A DNA stretch of 64,000 bases from an uncultured Spirochaetota bacterium. Lineage in GTDB: Bacteria; Spirochaetota; Brevinematia; Brevinematales; JAOACQ01. The notes under the pieces are model-generated. The model was not told the DNA's origin. It saw only the letters and a program-made list of their open reading frames with translations, and did no database searches. Both the position numbers and the translations under genes were made by a program. How positions within the stretch are numbered: the stretch's first letter is position 1; every line of letters starts with the position of its first letter. Location of the stretch: positions 928,001 to 992,000 of the forward strand of contig CAVYGN010000002.1 of assembly GCA_963768055.1 (NCBI GenBank). Reading direction: 5' to 3'. This document shows positions 32,513 to 42,430 of this stretch, one piece after another.

Positions 32513-33079
32513 TTATCCCTCGTTATAGTGGAATTTATAATTTATTTCCCTATCACCCCTTTCTATGGTTTTAATTTTTTCATATGTAATGGATTTTCCT
32601 CCGCAGAGCTCGATTAATTTATGAACATATCCCATGAAGGTATTTTCAAAATAAGAGTGATTCATCGGAAGATTATAGAATTCGACTTCCGCCGCTCCCG
32701 TTTCGCACTTGATCCTCACGTCCCCCGCGGTATAATAAAGCTTCCAGATGACCGGGAGCGATTCCGTCAATGCACGTTCAATATTTCTATTTTTTAAAAG
32801 AACCTTATAAGGGCCGTCAACCAGAGCAAATTCCGCCGACTTTTCCCCCATTGTCCAATAGGCGTTAATATTATTGTTGTAAAACTTCTTCAGCATATGA
32901 TCGTTGAACAAAAGATACTTCTCCACAGGGAACATGTCGCTCATTGAAATATCCCTATGGGTTTTAAAAAATTCATCATTTTCCCCGACTTCATTCATCA
33001 ATTCATTAAACTTATCTTCACCGAATTGAGCAATTATGGCTTTTTTCCTGGAGACAAACGCTATTCCTTTTACTTCCAT
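32513..33079 (-). CDS. Hypothetical protein, DUF2378/HNOB-V4R-like small-ligand-binding fold suspected
   Basis: MEVKG...FGEDKF, MGEKSAEFAL.GPYK, W.LYY..G, G.V...IELCGG pattern; GGGGG SD. Confidence 0.5.
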   Translation of the reverse strand: MEVKGIAFVSRKKAIIAQFGEDKFNELMNEVGENDEFFKTHRDISMSDMFPVEKYLLFNDHMLKKFYNNNINAYWTMGEKSAEFALVDGPYKVLLKNRNIERALTESLPVIWKLYYTAGDVRIKCETGAAEVEFYNLPMNHSYFENTFMGYVHKLIELCGGKSITYEKIKTIERGDREINYKFHYNEG

Positions 33080-33102
33080 AAAAATCCCCCTTATTATTTT
33101 TG

Positions 33103-33723
33103 TTATCTATAAAGCCTGCGTCCAAGCACTACGCAGCCGGCGGACAATATCACAACGCCAAGTATAGCTATATAAACTGAAAGCATCGGCCCGACGGCAT
33201 AAATGATAGCCCCTGAAAAGATCAAAATACCCGAGCTTTTATGAAATTCCTTCGATCGTATCAATGTAATACTGAAAAGAATAACTCCCAGGGCTAAAAA
33301 AGCTTGAAAAATATAATGAAAAAGCGCTATCATAGGATGATGCATAAGAATCGACTCGCTGAAAAGCGGGATTGACGGGGTATGGCTTAAAATTGCAGGA
33401 TAAACGAAGATTTCCCATGTGATCTGGCATGCCTGCAGTATATAAGCCGTGACTACAAATAGAAAGCCGAGGAAACCGATGACCCCGGAATTGGAATAAA
33501 TAAGGGAATATACTGCAGTAAATCCGTAAATCATCAATAAAACCCCGATAAAGGCGATCGTGGCTATCCAGACCCAGTTCTGATTAAGCACCATCGCAGA
33601 GGGATCCTTTGCTCTCTGGGCCACGGGCAGAAGGGTTGTCCAGAAAATCGCCCATAGCGTCAGGAATATGGAACCGGTAATAAGAGCAACGCCGCCGAAC
33701 TTTTGAATTGTCGAGAGTTTCAT
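33103..33723 (-). CDS. Integral membrane protein of unknown function (start moved to ATG 33723)
   Basis: About 6 hydrophobic segments; GGAGGA SD upstream of MKLSTIQKFGG. Confidence 0.75.
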   Translation of the reverse strand: MKLSTIQKFGGVALITGSIFLTLWAIFWTTLLPVAQRAKDPSAMVLNQNWVWIATIAFIGVLLMIYGFTAVYSLIYSNSGVIGFLGFLFVVTAYILQACQITWEIFVYPAILSHTPSIPLFSESILMHHPMIALFHYIFQAFLALGVILFSITLIRSKEFHKSSGILIFSGAIIYAVGPMLSVYIAILGVVILSAGCVVLGRRLYR

Positions 33724-33865
33724 AAATCCTCCATATTTTAACAATACTGATTTTGTATAAGTAATTATAAATAAAGAGTAAATATTTTTCAAATAGCGCT
33801 GAGGCAATCTTTTTGACTATTTCAACAAAGTTAAATAACATTGTTTAAAAAATAGCGGAGTCTAT

Positions 33866-34135
33866 ATGAGAAAATATGTATTCTTTTAAATTATAGCGAT
33901 AGCTTTTATGGGTTTAAAAATAAGCCTCATTTCAGGGCAGAACAACGGCGACTATTATCCCGGCGAAATCTGGCAGACTTCCACCCCTGAAGCTCAGGGT
34001 ATGGATTCGGGATATCTGATCAATATGCTGGATTATATTAAGTCGAATAATCTGGACATCCACAGTGTAATAATTATCCGGCATGGATATGTAATTGTAG
34101 AAGCTTATTCAGACCTGGAAAACGGCCACTGGTGA
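33866..34135 (+). pseudogene. Remnant of a serine hydrolase (beta-lactamase class C-like) gene
   Basis: GGAG + ATG 33866, in-frame TAA in the signal-peptide-like region, then WQTSTPEAQGMDS...IHSVIIIRHGYVIVEAY; ends before any SxxK. Confidence 0.7.
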
Positions 34136-34219
34136 ATGGCATCAGGAATTTACAGGGAAAATAGTACAATAAATCGGACAATAATTGTATAAAAAATAAC
34201 CTTGATGGAGGATAGTTGC

Positions 34220-35338
34220 ATGAAAAATATTTTAGCAATGAAATGTTCCCGGAAATATATTTTATTTCCATGCATAATAACCGTAATTATTATTTTAACT
34301 TCATGTATTGATCTGGAATCCTTTTATGCCGAACCGGATGATACTGCCGTAGCCGGTTTACCGGTTCGGCAGGAAATTCTCACTTTTACCAACTCAGGGG
34401 TGCGGGGCATTTATCCTGCTGGTTCGCCGGTCGCCAGGTATGGCAAACTTAAAATAGTCGGTACACAGCTATGTGATGAATATGGTAATCCTGTACAGCT
34501 TCGGGGATTATTTCTGCGCGGCCTGAACTATGAAGCAAAATACATAAACTATGAAGCTATTTCCTATCTTTCAAAAAAATGGAAAATGGATGTCCTGAGA
34601 ATCCCTCTCTGGACAATAGGCGGAAGTTGGGGTTCGGTCAGCGAACCCGGATATTTATCTGACCTGTCTCTTGAAGAATATATAAAGGATGCTGTAAGGA
34701 TCACTGAAGAATGCGGAATTTACTGCATCATCGATTGGCATATTCTCTATGACGGCGATCCGAATCTGCATAAGCTCAATGCCTATGATTTCTTTAAAAG
34801 AATGGCGTTCCTGTATGGATCAAAAAAACATGTTATTTATGAAATCTGCAATGAGCCCAATCATGTAAAATGGGGCAGCAGGATTAAACCTTACGCCGAG
34901 TATATCATACCTGCAATCCGTGCAGGCGATTCCAATGCGGTTATAATCGTCGGCACGGAGTTCTGGAGCATCGACCAGCATCATGCAGCCGCAGATCCTC
35001 TAAAATATGAAAATATAATGTATGCCGCACATTTTTATACCGATTTTCCTCTCGCGATCACAAACCGGATTACAGCCGAATTATCAAATATTGCTATTTT
35101 CAGCACAGAATGGGGAACCGCGGGATCGAACCCCACAATGCCTATCAATTTATATATTGCCCGGCTCTGGGTAAATTTTTTGAATAGTAAAAATATCAGC
35201 TGGTGCAACTATTCCCTTTCCGATTTGAATGAGACGACGTCCTTTTTTAGGAAAGAGGCTAAAACAAACGGCGGATGGGAAGAAGAAGATTTAACAGAAT
35301 CCGGAAGATTCGTAAGGGACTTGATGACAAACCGCTAA
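34220..35338 (+). CDS. Glycoside hydrolase family 5 (cellulase-like), predicted lipoprotein
   Basis: GNPVQLRG, YCIIDWH, YEICNEP (acid/base), AHFY, FSTEWG (nucleophile), ISWCNYS; lipobox ILTSC; GGAGG before ATG 34220. Confidence 0.92.
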   Translation: MKNILAMKCSRKYILFPCIITVIIILTSCIDLESFYAEPDDTAVAGLPVRQEILTFTNSGVRGIYPAGSPVARYGKLKIVGTQLCDEYGNPVQLRGLFLRGLNYEAKYINYEAISYLSKKWKMDVLRIPLWTIGGSWGSVSEPGYLSDLSLEEYIKDAVRITEECGIYCIIDWHILYDGDPNLHKLNAYDFFKRMAFLYGSKKHVIYEICNEPNHVKWGSRIKPYAEYIIPAIRAGDSNAVIIVGTEFWSIDQHHAAADPLKYENIMYAAHFYTDFPLAITNRITAELSNIAIFSTEWGTAGSNPTMPINLYIARLWVNFLNSKNISWCNYSLSDLNETTSFFRKEAKTNGGWEEEDLTESGRFVRDLMTNR

Positions 35339-35348
35339 ATACCTGAGT

Positions 35349-36227
35349 TTAAAATAGCCTGCCCTCAGCTATTTTCATCACCTGTCCGCCGATATTTACG
35401 GTTATTTTCTCTTCTACTTTTTCCGCTTTCAGGTACAGTAATGATTTCCTGCCGATTTCATAACCCTGCTCGACTTTTATGTCAATACCGCCCGTTTTAA
35501 AATAATCATATTTAACAAGGTAGCCGGCCAGGCATCCGTTGGCGCTCCCCGTGGCAGGGTCCTCGGGAATTCCGTAGGAGATATCCGCAAACATCCTGCA
35601 ATTAATTTGATTATCCGCTTCATAAGTTTCAGGACAAAACAGGAAAAGGGGCATTGGCGAACCTGTACTGAAATATTTCTTATAAGCGCCAATATTTGTA
35701 GAGGATTTTTTAACCGAGCTTAATTTTTTTAATGGTATTATGATAAAGAGCATTCCGGTTGATACTTCCTGGATTGGGTAACGGCCGTCGATTTCATCAG
35801 GATCGATATTTATGATTTCTGAAATTGCATGAGGGTCAAAAGTTTTACCGAATTCCGGATTCTTTTGTCTCATCCACAATATTTCCTTATCCTTGCTTCC
35901 TTGGAATGAAACCGGGATAACCCCAATCTTTAAATTCAGGTTAATTTGACCGGTGAATCCATGAAGAATTTCCTTTCCTATTATATATGCCGTACCAAGC
36001 GTCGGATGTCCGGCAAATGGGACCTCTTCCTTCGGTGTAAAAATACGGACATTGAAATCTTCATCGCTATTTTTGTACTTTAAAATAAATGAGGTTTCAG
36101 AAAAATGAAACTCGGATGCGATATCCTGCATCATTCCGGACGATATTTCTTCCTCCAGTATAACTACCGCAAGCTGGTTGCCCGAGTATTTATTCCGGCA
36201 GAAAACATCGACAATAAAATAATCCAT
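35349..36227 (-). CDS. PhzF family isomerase/epimerase
   Basis: VDVF, GNQLAV, FSETSF, RIFTP.EEVPFAGHPTLG, EDPATGSANG, EQG. Confidence 0.95.
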   Translation of the reverse strand: MDYFIVDVFCRNKYSGNQLAVVILEEEISSGMMQDIASEFHFSETSFILKYKNSDEDFNVRIFTPKEEVPFAGHPTLGTAYIIGKEILHGFTGQINLNLKIGVIPVSFQGSKDKEILWMRQKNPEFGKTFDPHAISEIINIDPDEIDGRYPIQEVSTGMLFIIIPLKKLSSVKKSSTNIGAYKKYFSTGSPMPLFLFCPETYEADNQINCRMFADISYGIPEDPATGSANGCLAGYLVKYDYFKTGGIDIKVEQGYEIGRKSLLYLKAEKVEEKITVNIGGQVMKIAEGRLF

Positions 36228-36288
36228 CTATTACTCCTTTTTTTATTATTAATATATCATATTTTTACACTGCAATAACAGCCGGAGA

Positions 36289-37071
36289 TCATTTATAACC
36301 GATAAAAAAAAGCCTCTTGAAAGGGAAAAGGACCTTGCCGTTTTTTTGAGCCGGGTAATCCTTTTGTATTTCGGCAAGTACCGCGGCTTCGAATGTTATT
36401 CTTTCATCTCCGGTTTCCAGTCGCTCTAAATAGGGCCTCATCCCGGTTGATTTAATCATCTCGAATATGGAACAATGCGAATCAAGGATATGTATATAAT
36501 CTGTCGCCCAGATATCGACCGATCTGAAATAACCTGACAGAACATCGTAATAATAGCCGGGATCATGCATAGTGAAAATGCCGGAACACCCTCCGGCAAG
36601 AGATTTCCAGGTCCCTTTATCGGCTAAATATTCAAGGGATTTTCCGACAGGCATATCGAAAAACAGGGGCAATTGGACGGCGAGGACTCCTTTTTCAGTA
36701 AGAAACCCGCTGAATTTACTTATCAGGCCCTCATGGTCGTCGAGCCATTGGAAGGCGGCGTTAGAAAAAGCCACATCGAATTTCTTATTGGAAACATATT
36801 CATGCGCATCCGCAAGTATCCATTCCTGGCCGGGGTAATCATGCTTTGCCTGATCGATCATGCCGGGCGAATTGTCGATACCGACCAGCCGGCTGGCTGG
36901 CCATCTATGCAGAAGAGCCTGGCCGCTGTTTCCGGGCCCGCAGCCGATATCGATCAAAGAGCCTGGAACATAATCGATATCAATCCTGTCGGCTAAATCG
37001 ATGGAGGGCCGGTTTCTTTCATCTTTAAATTTAAGGTATAATCCGGGATCCCAGTCATTTTTTTGAGGCAT
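36289..37071 (-). CDS. tam: Trans-aconitate 2-methyltransferase-like SAM methyltransferase
   Basis: WDPGLYLKF..ER.RP, DIGCGPGNS, SNAAFQW, STGMRPYL, LFPFKRLF. Confidence 0.88.
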   Translation of the reverse strand: MPQKNDWDPGLYLKFKDERNRPSIDLADRIDIDYVPGSLIDIGCGPGNSGQALLHRWPASRLVGIDNSPGMIDQAKHDYPGQEWILADAHEYVSNKKFDVAFSNAAFQWLDDHEGLISKFSGFLTEKGVLAVQLPLFFDMPVGKSLEYLADKGTWKSLAGGCSGIFTMHDPGYYYDVLSGYFRSVDIWATDYIHILDSHCSIFEMIKSTGMRPYLERLETGDERITFEAAVLAEIQKDYPAQKNGKVLFPFKRLFFIGYK

Positions 37072-37095
37072 ATTGAATCTCCTTAAATGATATTA

Positions 37096-37148
37096 CATAT
37101 ACTGTATATGCTTTAGCATATATTAAGTCATAAAAAACCATTTGTCAA
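37096..37148 (-). promoter_or_regulatory. Sigma70 promoter of tam with two overlapping palindromic operator candidates
   Basis: TTGACA (37148-43), 17 nt, TAATAT (37125-20); CATATAC-T-GTATATG (37096-110) and TATATGCT-TT-AGCATATA (37105-122). Confidence 0.65.
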
Positions 37149-37273
37149 TATAAATTTTATTTTTCTGCAAAATATTTATAGAATGTAAAGAATGGGTATA
37201 ATCCAAAAAATGAAAATTTCTAATAATTGATTTAAAATATTGATAAGAAATATAATATGTTTAGGAGCGATAG

Positions 37274-38137
37274 ATGAGCAGCCCGATAATTCTGGATGGA
37301 ACGGCTTACGCAAAGGAGATTAATGAAACGCTGAAGGCCCGCGTGAATACGATAAAAGAAATATCGGGCACAACTCCGATACTTGCGGCAATCCTTGTAG
37401 GGGACGATCCTGCGTCCATAACATATGTTAAAATGAAGGGGAATGACTGCAAAAGGGCCGGGATGGAATCATTGAAAGTTGAACTACCCGGAAACACAAC
37501 GACCGGGCAATTAATTGCGGAGATAGAAAAACTTAATAAAAACAACAATGTGCATGGCATACTTCTTCAGCATCCTGTCCCCCGGGGAATCGATGAAAGC
37601 AAATGTTTCAATGCAATTGATTACCGGAAAGATGTCGATGGAGTCACTTACACTTCTTTTGCAAAAGTTGCGATGAATGAAATGCTTTTTGGCAGCGCAA
37701 CCCCGCTTGGAATTATCCGTCTGCTCGATAAGTACAAGATCCAGATCGAGGGCAGGGAGGCCGTGGTTGTGGGAAGGAGCCCTATATTAGGAAAGCCTAT
37801 GGCAATGATGCTGCTGAATAAAAATGCAACGGTTACGATCTGTCATTCGAAGACAAGGAACATTAAAGACGTTGTTAAAAGGGCTGATATTGTCGTTGCA
37901 GCCGTTGGAATTCCGAAATTCATAAAGGCGGATTGGGTAAAGGAAAATTCCATTGTAGTTGACGCGGGTTATAACGAAGGCAATGTAGGTGACACGGACC
38001 TCGACAATATAAAAGATAAGGTTTACGCCTATACCCCCGTTCCGGGAGGTGTGGGCCCGATGACCAGGATCACTCTGATAGAACAGACAGTCAGGTCGGC
38101 GGAACTGAAATTCGGGATAGATCCGGAGGTTAAATAA
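37274..38137 (+). CDS. folD: Bifunctional methylene-THF dehydrogenase/cyclohydrolase
   Basis: LVGDDPAS.TYV, HGILLQHP, KDVDG, VVGRS.ILGKP, TPVPGGVGPMT. Confidence 0.98.
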   Translation: MSSPIILDGTAYAKEINETLKARVNTIKEISGTTPILAAILVGDDPASITYVKMKGNDCKRAGMESLKVELPGNTTTGQLIAEIEKLNKNNNVHGILLQHPVPRGIDESKCFNAIDYRKDVDGVTYTSFAKVAMNEMLFGSATPLGIIRLLDKYKIQIEGREAVVVGRSPILGKPMAMMLLNKNATVTICHSKTRNIKDVVKRADIVVAAVGIPKFIKADWVKENSIVVDAGYNEGNVGDTDLDNIKDKVYAYTPVPGGVGPMTRITLIEQTVRSAELKFGIDPEVK

Positions 38138-39573
38138 TGGAATACGAGGCTGTAATAGGACTTGAAGTCCATGTTCAGTTGAATACCCTCACAAAAATTT
38201 TCTGCTCTTGTTCAACGCAATTTGGAACTCCTCCTAATACGCATGTATGCCCGGTATGCATGGGCCAGCCGGGAGTCTTGCCTGTTTTGAATTCAGAGGC
38301 ACTGGAAAAGGCCGTTAAAGCGGGGTTGTCCCTAAACTGCGAAGTGCCTTCATTTTCTAAATTCGACAGAAAAAATTATTTTTACCCGGATCTTCCAAAA
38401 GGTTACCAGATATCGCAGTTCGATTTTCCAATCTCCAAGAATGGCTTCATAGATATCGACCTTTCCGGAGGAAATGTAAAAAGGATAGGAATAACGAGGG
38501 CTCATATGGAGGAAGACGCCGGAAAGCTCATTCATGAGGAAGGTCGTCCTTACAGCCTTGTCGATCTCAACAGGGCAGGGGTCCCCCTTCTGGAGATCGT
38601 TTCCGAGCCGGATATGCGTACAAGCGAAGAGGCTTACAACTATTTGAAAGAACTGAGAAGCATCATGAAATACATAGGGGTAAGCGATGTCAATATGGAA
38701 GAAGGCAGTCTCCGTTGCGATGCAAATATTTCGATCAGGCCCCTTGGTGAAAAAAAATTGGGGACGAAAGTAGAAGTGAAAAACATGAACTCCTTTAATG
38801 GAGTCAGGCATGCAATTGATTATGAAATTGAAAGGCAAAAAGAAATACTTTCCGGCGGGAAACCGGTCGATCAGGAAACCCGGACATTTGACGCTCCTTC
38901 CGGCAAAACTTTTCCCATGAGGAGTAAGGAAGAGGCTAACGATTACCGATATTTCCCTGAGCCGGACCTTCCTCCAATAAGAATGAAACCCGGAACTGTT
39001 GACAGGATCAGGAAATCTATCCCCGAACTGCCGAGGGCTAGGAAGCTCCGTTTTATTGAAGAATATATGATTACAGCCCAGGATGCGGAAACCCTTACGG
39101 ATGAAAAAGAGCTTGCGGTTTATTTCGAAGAAGTTGCCGGAAAAACGAAGGCCGGGCCTAAAAAGGCTGCAAACTGGATATTATCTGAGATGAACGCACA
39201 AATTAATTCCATGAAAATCCCCATTGATAAGTTTCAAAAAAAGGTGCCGGTGGAAAACATCATTGATCTTCTGGATCTTGTCGAAGAAGGGACCATAAGC
39301 GGTAAAATGGCGAAGGATATATATGCCGAAATGGCCTCTTCAGGGAAAAAAGCCGGAGAAATAATCGGCGCGAAGGGTTTAAAACAGATCTCCGATGCCG
39401 ATGAAATTGAGAAAGTCGTTGATCGGGTCATAGCCGGCCACCCCGCTGAAGTAAAGAAATTTAAAGATGGCAACGATAAACTGATCGGATTTTTTGTAGG
39501 CGAAGTCATGAAAGCTACCGGAGGGCAGGCGAACCCGAAAGCGGTTAATGAAATCCTGAGGAAAAAGCTTTGA
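38137..39573 (+). CDS. gatB: Asp/Glu-tRNA amidotransferase subunit B
   Basis: IGLEVHVQL, FDRKNYFYPDLPKGYQISQ, HMEEDAGK, DYRYFPEPDL. Confidence 0.99.
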   Translation: MEYEAVIGLEVHVQLNTLTKIFCSCSTQFGTPPNTHVCPVCMGQPGVLPVLNSEALEKAVKAGLSLNCEVPSFSKFDRKNYFYPDLPKGYQISQFDFPISKNGFIDIDLSGGNVKRIGITRAHMEEDAGKLIHEEGRPYSLVDLNRAGVPLLEIVSEPDMRTSEEAYNYLKELRSIMKYIGVSDVNMEEGSLRCDANISIRPLGEKKLGTKVEVKNMNSFNGVRHAIDYEIERQKEILSGGKPVDQETRTFDAPSGKTFPMRSKEEANDYRYFPEPDLPPIRMKPGTVDRIRKSIPELPRARKLRFIEEYMITAQDAETLTDEKELAVYFEEVAGKTKAGPKKAANWILSEMNAQINSMKIPIDKFQKKVPVENIIDLLDLVEEGTISGKMAKDIYAEMASSGKKAGEIIGAKGLKQISDADEIEKVVDRVIAGHPAEVKKFKDGNDKLIGFFVGEVMKATGGQANPKAVNEILRKKL

Positions 39574-40637
39574 AACTTCTCTTCTGTTTCATATTTCTTT
39601 CAGTCCAGGCGTTGCCCGGAACTTTGTCCTTCACAGAGGATAACATAGTTATCAATGCCGTCGGCGATATAATGCTCGGCACCCTCTACCCGTATCCACA
39701 ACTACCTCCGGACAGGGGAACTTCGGAAATAAAATTCATTGAACCCTATATGACAAACGGAAGTCCGGACCTTGTCCTGGCTAATCTCGAGGGGGCGGCT
39801 ACATATTACAGCAATACTTCTAAGGATGTAAGCAAGGGGGATAACTGGGCTTTCCAGATACCGCCGGATTACATGCAGCTTTTAAGGAATGCCCATATCT
39901 CCGCTGTAAACCAGGCGAATAATCACGCGATGGATTTCGGAGAGAGGGGCTTTCTGGATACAAGAAAGAACCTCGACCGCTTTGGAATAAAATATACGGG
40001 CCTGAAAAACGAGATATTAACTTACAATATCAGGGGACACAGGATTGCAATAATAGGATTTTCCTGGTTCGATTATTCAAATAATCTGTTAAAACCGAAA
40101 GAATTCGTGCCTTTCATTAAAATGGTTTCATTGTCAAACGATATCGTAATAGTCGAAGTTCACGGGGGAGGCGAGGGTGAAGAATTCCTCCATCTCAGAA
40201 ATGTAATGGATTATTACGGTGACGGGAAGAGGGGAAATATGATCGAGTTCGCCCGCCTGGCAATTGAGAGCGGTGCATCGCTCATACTTGGCTCAAGCCC
40301 GCATGTGGTCAGGGCGATGGAAATCTACAAAAAAAAGCTGATAGCTTATTCGCTCGGGAATTTTATCACATATAAGATGATGCGTACTGACGGTTCGAGG
40401 AAATACTCGCTTATACTAAGCGCCGTTCTCGACGCCGGGGGAGATTTCATTTCAGGCAGAATAATTCCCGTTGTTCAGTATCCTGAAGGGGAGCTAAAGG
40501 GTGTGCCGAAGTACGATGATAACGGCAGCACAATAAAACTCATAGCCTTACTTTCGAAAAGCGATATAAAAAACAATCCTCTTATTATTTCCGAAGATGG
40601 CGTACTATCAAAGAAACCCGATGGACAGATAAAATGA
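39570..40637 (+). CDS. CapA/PGA_cap family metallophosphoesterase-like exported protein (TTG start overlapping the gatB stop)
   Basis: AVGDIMLG, NLEG, ANNHAMDFG, HGGGEG, PHV, YSLGNF; signal-peptide-like N-terminus. Confidence 0.88.
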   Translation: MKLLFCFIFLSVQALPGTLSFTEDNIVINAVGDIMLGTLYPYPQLPPDRGTSEIKFIEPYMTNGSPDLVLANLEGAATYYSNTSKDVSKGDNWAFQIPPDYMQLLRNAHISAVNQANNHAMDFGERGFLDTRKNLDRFGIKYTGLKNEILTYNIRGHRIAIIGFSWFDYSNNLLKPKEFVPFIKMVSLSNDIVIVEVHGGGEGEEFLHLRNVMDYYGDGKRGNMIEFARLAIESGASLILGSSPHVVRAMEIYKKKLIAYSLGNFITYKMMRTDGSRKYSLILSAVLDAGGDFISGRIIPVVQYPEGELKGVPKYDDNGSTIKLIALLSKSDIKNNPLIISEDGVLSKKPDGQIK

Positions 40638-41623
40638 AGATATCGATAATCGGAGCCGGTGGATGGGGAACTGCCCTGGCAATTACCGCCTCCCGGGATA
40701 ACGATGTTATTCTCTGGGCTTACAGCAGCAATGAGATTATACAGCTTATCGGCGGCAGGGAAAATACGGACTACCTGCCCGGGGTTAAGATTCCTGAAAA
40801 TATTCTGATTACAGACGATGCTAAAAGGGCGTCAAACGCAGATATTATGATATTTGCCGTTCCCTCGAAATTTATGAGGATTACCGCGGGAAGATTTACA
40901 TCCTTGTTAAATTCACGGATTATAATGGTTAGTGCGGCAAAGGGGCTGGAATTTCCTTCAGAAAAAAGGATGAGCGAGGTTATAAAAGAGGTTTTAAAAC
41001 CGGCATCCGATATAGTGGTAATTTCAGGGCCTTCTCATGCCGAAGAGGTAGCAAGGGGCATTCCGACAAGCATTGTAGCAGCTTCTAAAAACGAAGAGAA
41101 TGCTTATGCCGTACAGAAAGCCCTTTCGACTGAAAATTTCAGGCTTTACACGAATGCCGATGTATTGGGTGTAGAAACGGCAGGGGCTGTGAAAAACGTT
41201 ATCGCAATAGCAGCCGGCATTCTTAGGGGACTGGGGCTCGGGGATAACACTATGGCGGCGCTTTTAACGAGAGGCCTTGCTGAAATGAAAAGGTTGGGAA
41301 TGAGGCTGGGGGCCAGTGAAGAAACCTTTACGGGACTGGCGGGTATGGGAGACCTTATCGTCACATGTATTAGCTCTTATAGCCGGAATGGAAGGGTCGG
41401 GGAAGAACTGGCGGCAGGAAAACCGATTGAAAAGATCGTCTCATCAATGAAAATGGTCGCTGAAGGGGTTGAAACAGTGAAAACCATAATGCAGATGGAA
41501 AAGGAACTTGGTTTAGACCTGCCTATTTCCCATGCCGTTTATGATATTCTGGAGAAAAAAGTAACGCCCGCGGAGGCTCTTAAAAACCTCATGGCCAGGC
41601 CTTTAAAGGATGAATCCATATAA
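40634..41623 (+). CDS. gpsA: NAD(P)H-dependent glycerol-3-phosphate dehydrogenase
   Basis: GAGGWGTALA, SGPSHAEEV, KNVIAIAAG, GDLIVTC, SRN, AEGV. Confidence 0.98.
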   Translation: MKISIIGAGGWGTALAITASRDNDVILWAYSSNEIIQLIGGRENTDYLPGVKIPENILITDDAKRASNADIMIFAVPSKFMRITAGRFTSLLNSRIIMVSAAKGLEFPSEKRMSEVIKEVLKPASDIVVISGPSHAEEVARGIPTSIVAASKNEENAYAVQKALSTENFRLYTNADVLGVETAGAVKNVIAIAAGILRGLGLGDNTMAALLTRGLAEMKRLGMRLGASEETFTGLAGMGDLIVTCISSYSRNGRVGEELAAGKPIEKIVSSMKMVAEGVETVKTIMQMEKELGLDLPISHAVYDILEKKVTPAEALKNLMARPLKDESI

Positions 41624-41638
41624 CAGGGAGATGAAAAG

Positions 41639-42430
41639 ATGCTTGTGACGATAGATATCGGCAATTCAAACATCAGTTTCGGGATCTTTCCGGGAACCGG
41701 AAAAGGAAAACCCGGAATTGAGCCTGAATTTTACGGAAATATCAGGACAGAAAAGACTATGACCACAGAAGAACTCGCCATAAAATTTTTAGATCTTTAC
41801 AAACTCTGGGGCCTTAACGAAAACGATTTTAAGGAAAAAGTGGTTATATCGAGTGTCGTTCCCCAGCTTGATTATGAATTTTTACATATGTTCGAGAAAT
41901 ATTATTATTCAAGTCCGTATTTTATTACTAAAAAGGATATACCTCTTACTATTAATTATGACTATCCCGATGAGATCGGGGCCGACAGGCTTGTTAACTC
42001 CTATGCCGGAAGTGTAATATATCCGGGTGAAAATTTGATCATTGTAGACTTCGGCACGGCTACTACCTTCGATGTATTGAAAGAAGGCCGTTCATACGAA
42101 GGGGGGCTCATAATGACCGGTATAATGACAAGCCTGAGAGCCCTTGAAGAAAATGCATCGAAGCTTCCTCATATCGATTTAAATCTTCCCTCGACGCTGA
42201 TTGCCAGGAATACCGTCGATGGAATACGTTCAGGCGTGATTAACGGGACCGGCGCCATGGTCGACGGACTTACCGTAAGGATAGCCGCCGAAATGGGATG
42301 GAAAAGTTACAAAGTTTTAGCGACCGGGGGTCTTTCGAAGCTTATTAAATCGTCTTCCGGATCGATCGACATGATAGACAGGCAGCTCACCTTAAAAGGC
42401 TTATATTTTTTATGGAATTTAAAAAACTGA
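41639..42430 (+). CDS. coaX: Type III pantothenate kinase
   Basis: IDIGNSN, SSVVP, IGADR, VDFGTATTFD, ATGG. Confidence 0.97.
   Translation: MLVTIDIGNSNISFGIFPGTGKGKPGIEPEFYGNIRTEKTMTTEELAIKFLDLYKLWGLNENDFKEKVVISSVVPQLDYEFLHMFEKYYYSSPYFITKKDIPLTINYDYPDEIGADRLVNSYAGSVIYPGENLIIVDFGTATTFDVLKEGRSYEGGLIMTGIMTSLRALEENASKLPHIDLNLPSTLIARNTVDGIRSGVINGTGAMVDGLTVRIAAEMGWKSYKVLATGGLSKLIKSSSGSIDMIDRQLTLKGLYFLWNLKN

Noticed and set aside
33866..33910. Stop-codon reassignment or readthrough (in-frame TAA)
   Set aside because: TAA, TAG and TGA all terminate conserved genes in this window, and the ORF is also truncated, so pseudogenisation explains it.
31200..37100. Integron (integrase-like gene beside cassette-like accessory genes)
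   Set aside because: The integrase is catalytically degenerate, neighbouring genes lie on both strands and several have their own promoters, and I found no attC-like RYYYAAC...GTTRRRY hairpins by eye. IntegronFinder would be the formal test.
37072..37273. THF or other riboswitch upstream of folD
   Set aside because: Very AT-rich, explained by divergent promoters, with no GC-rich aptamer helices.
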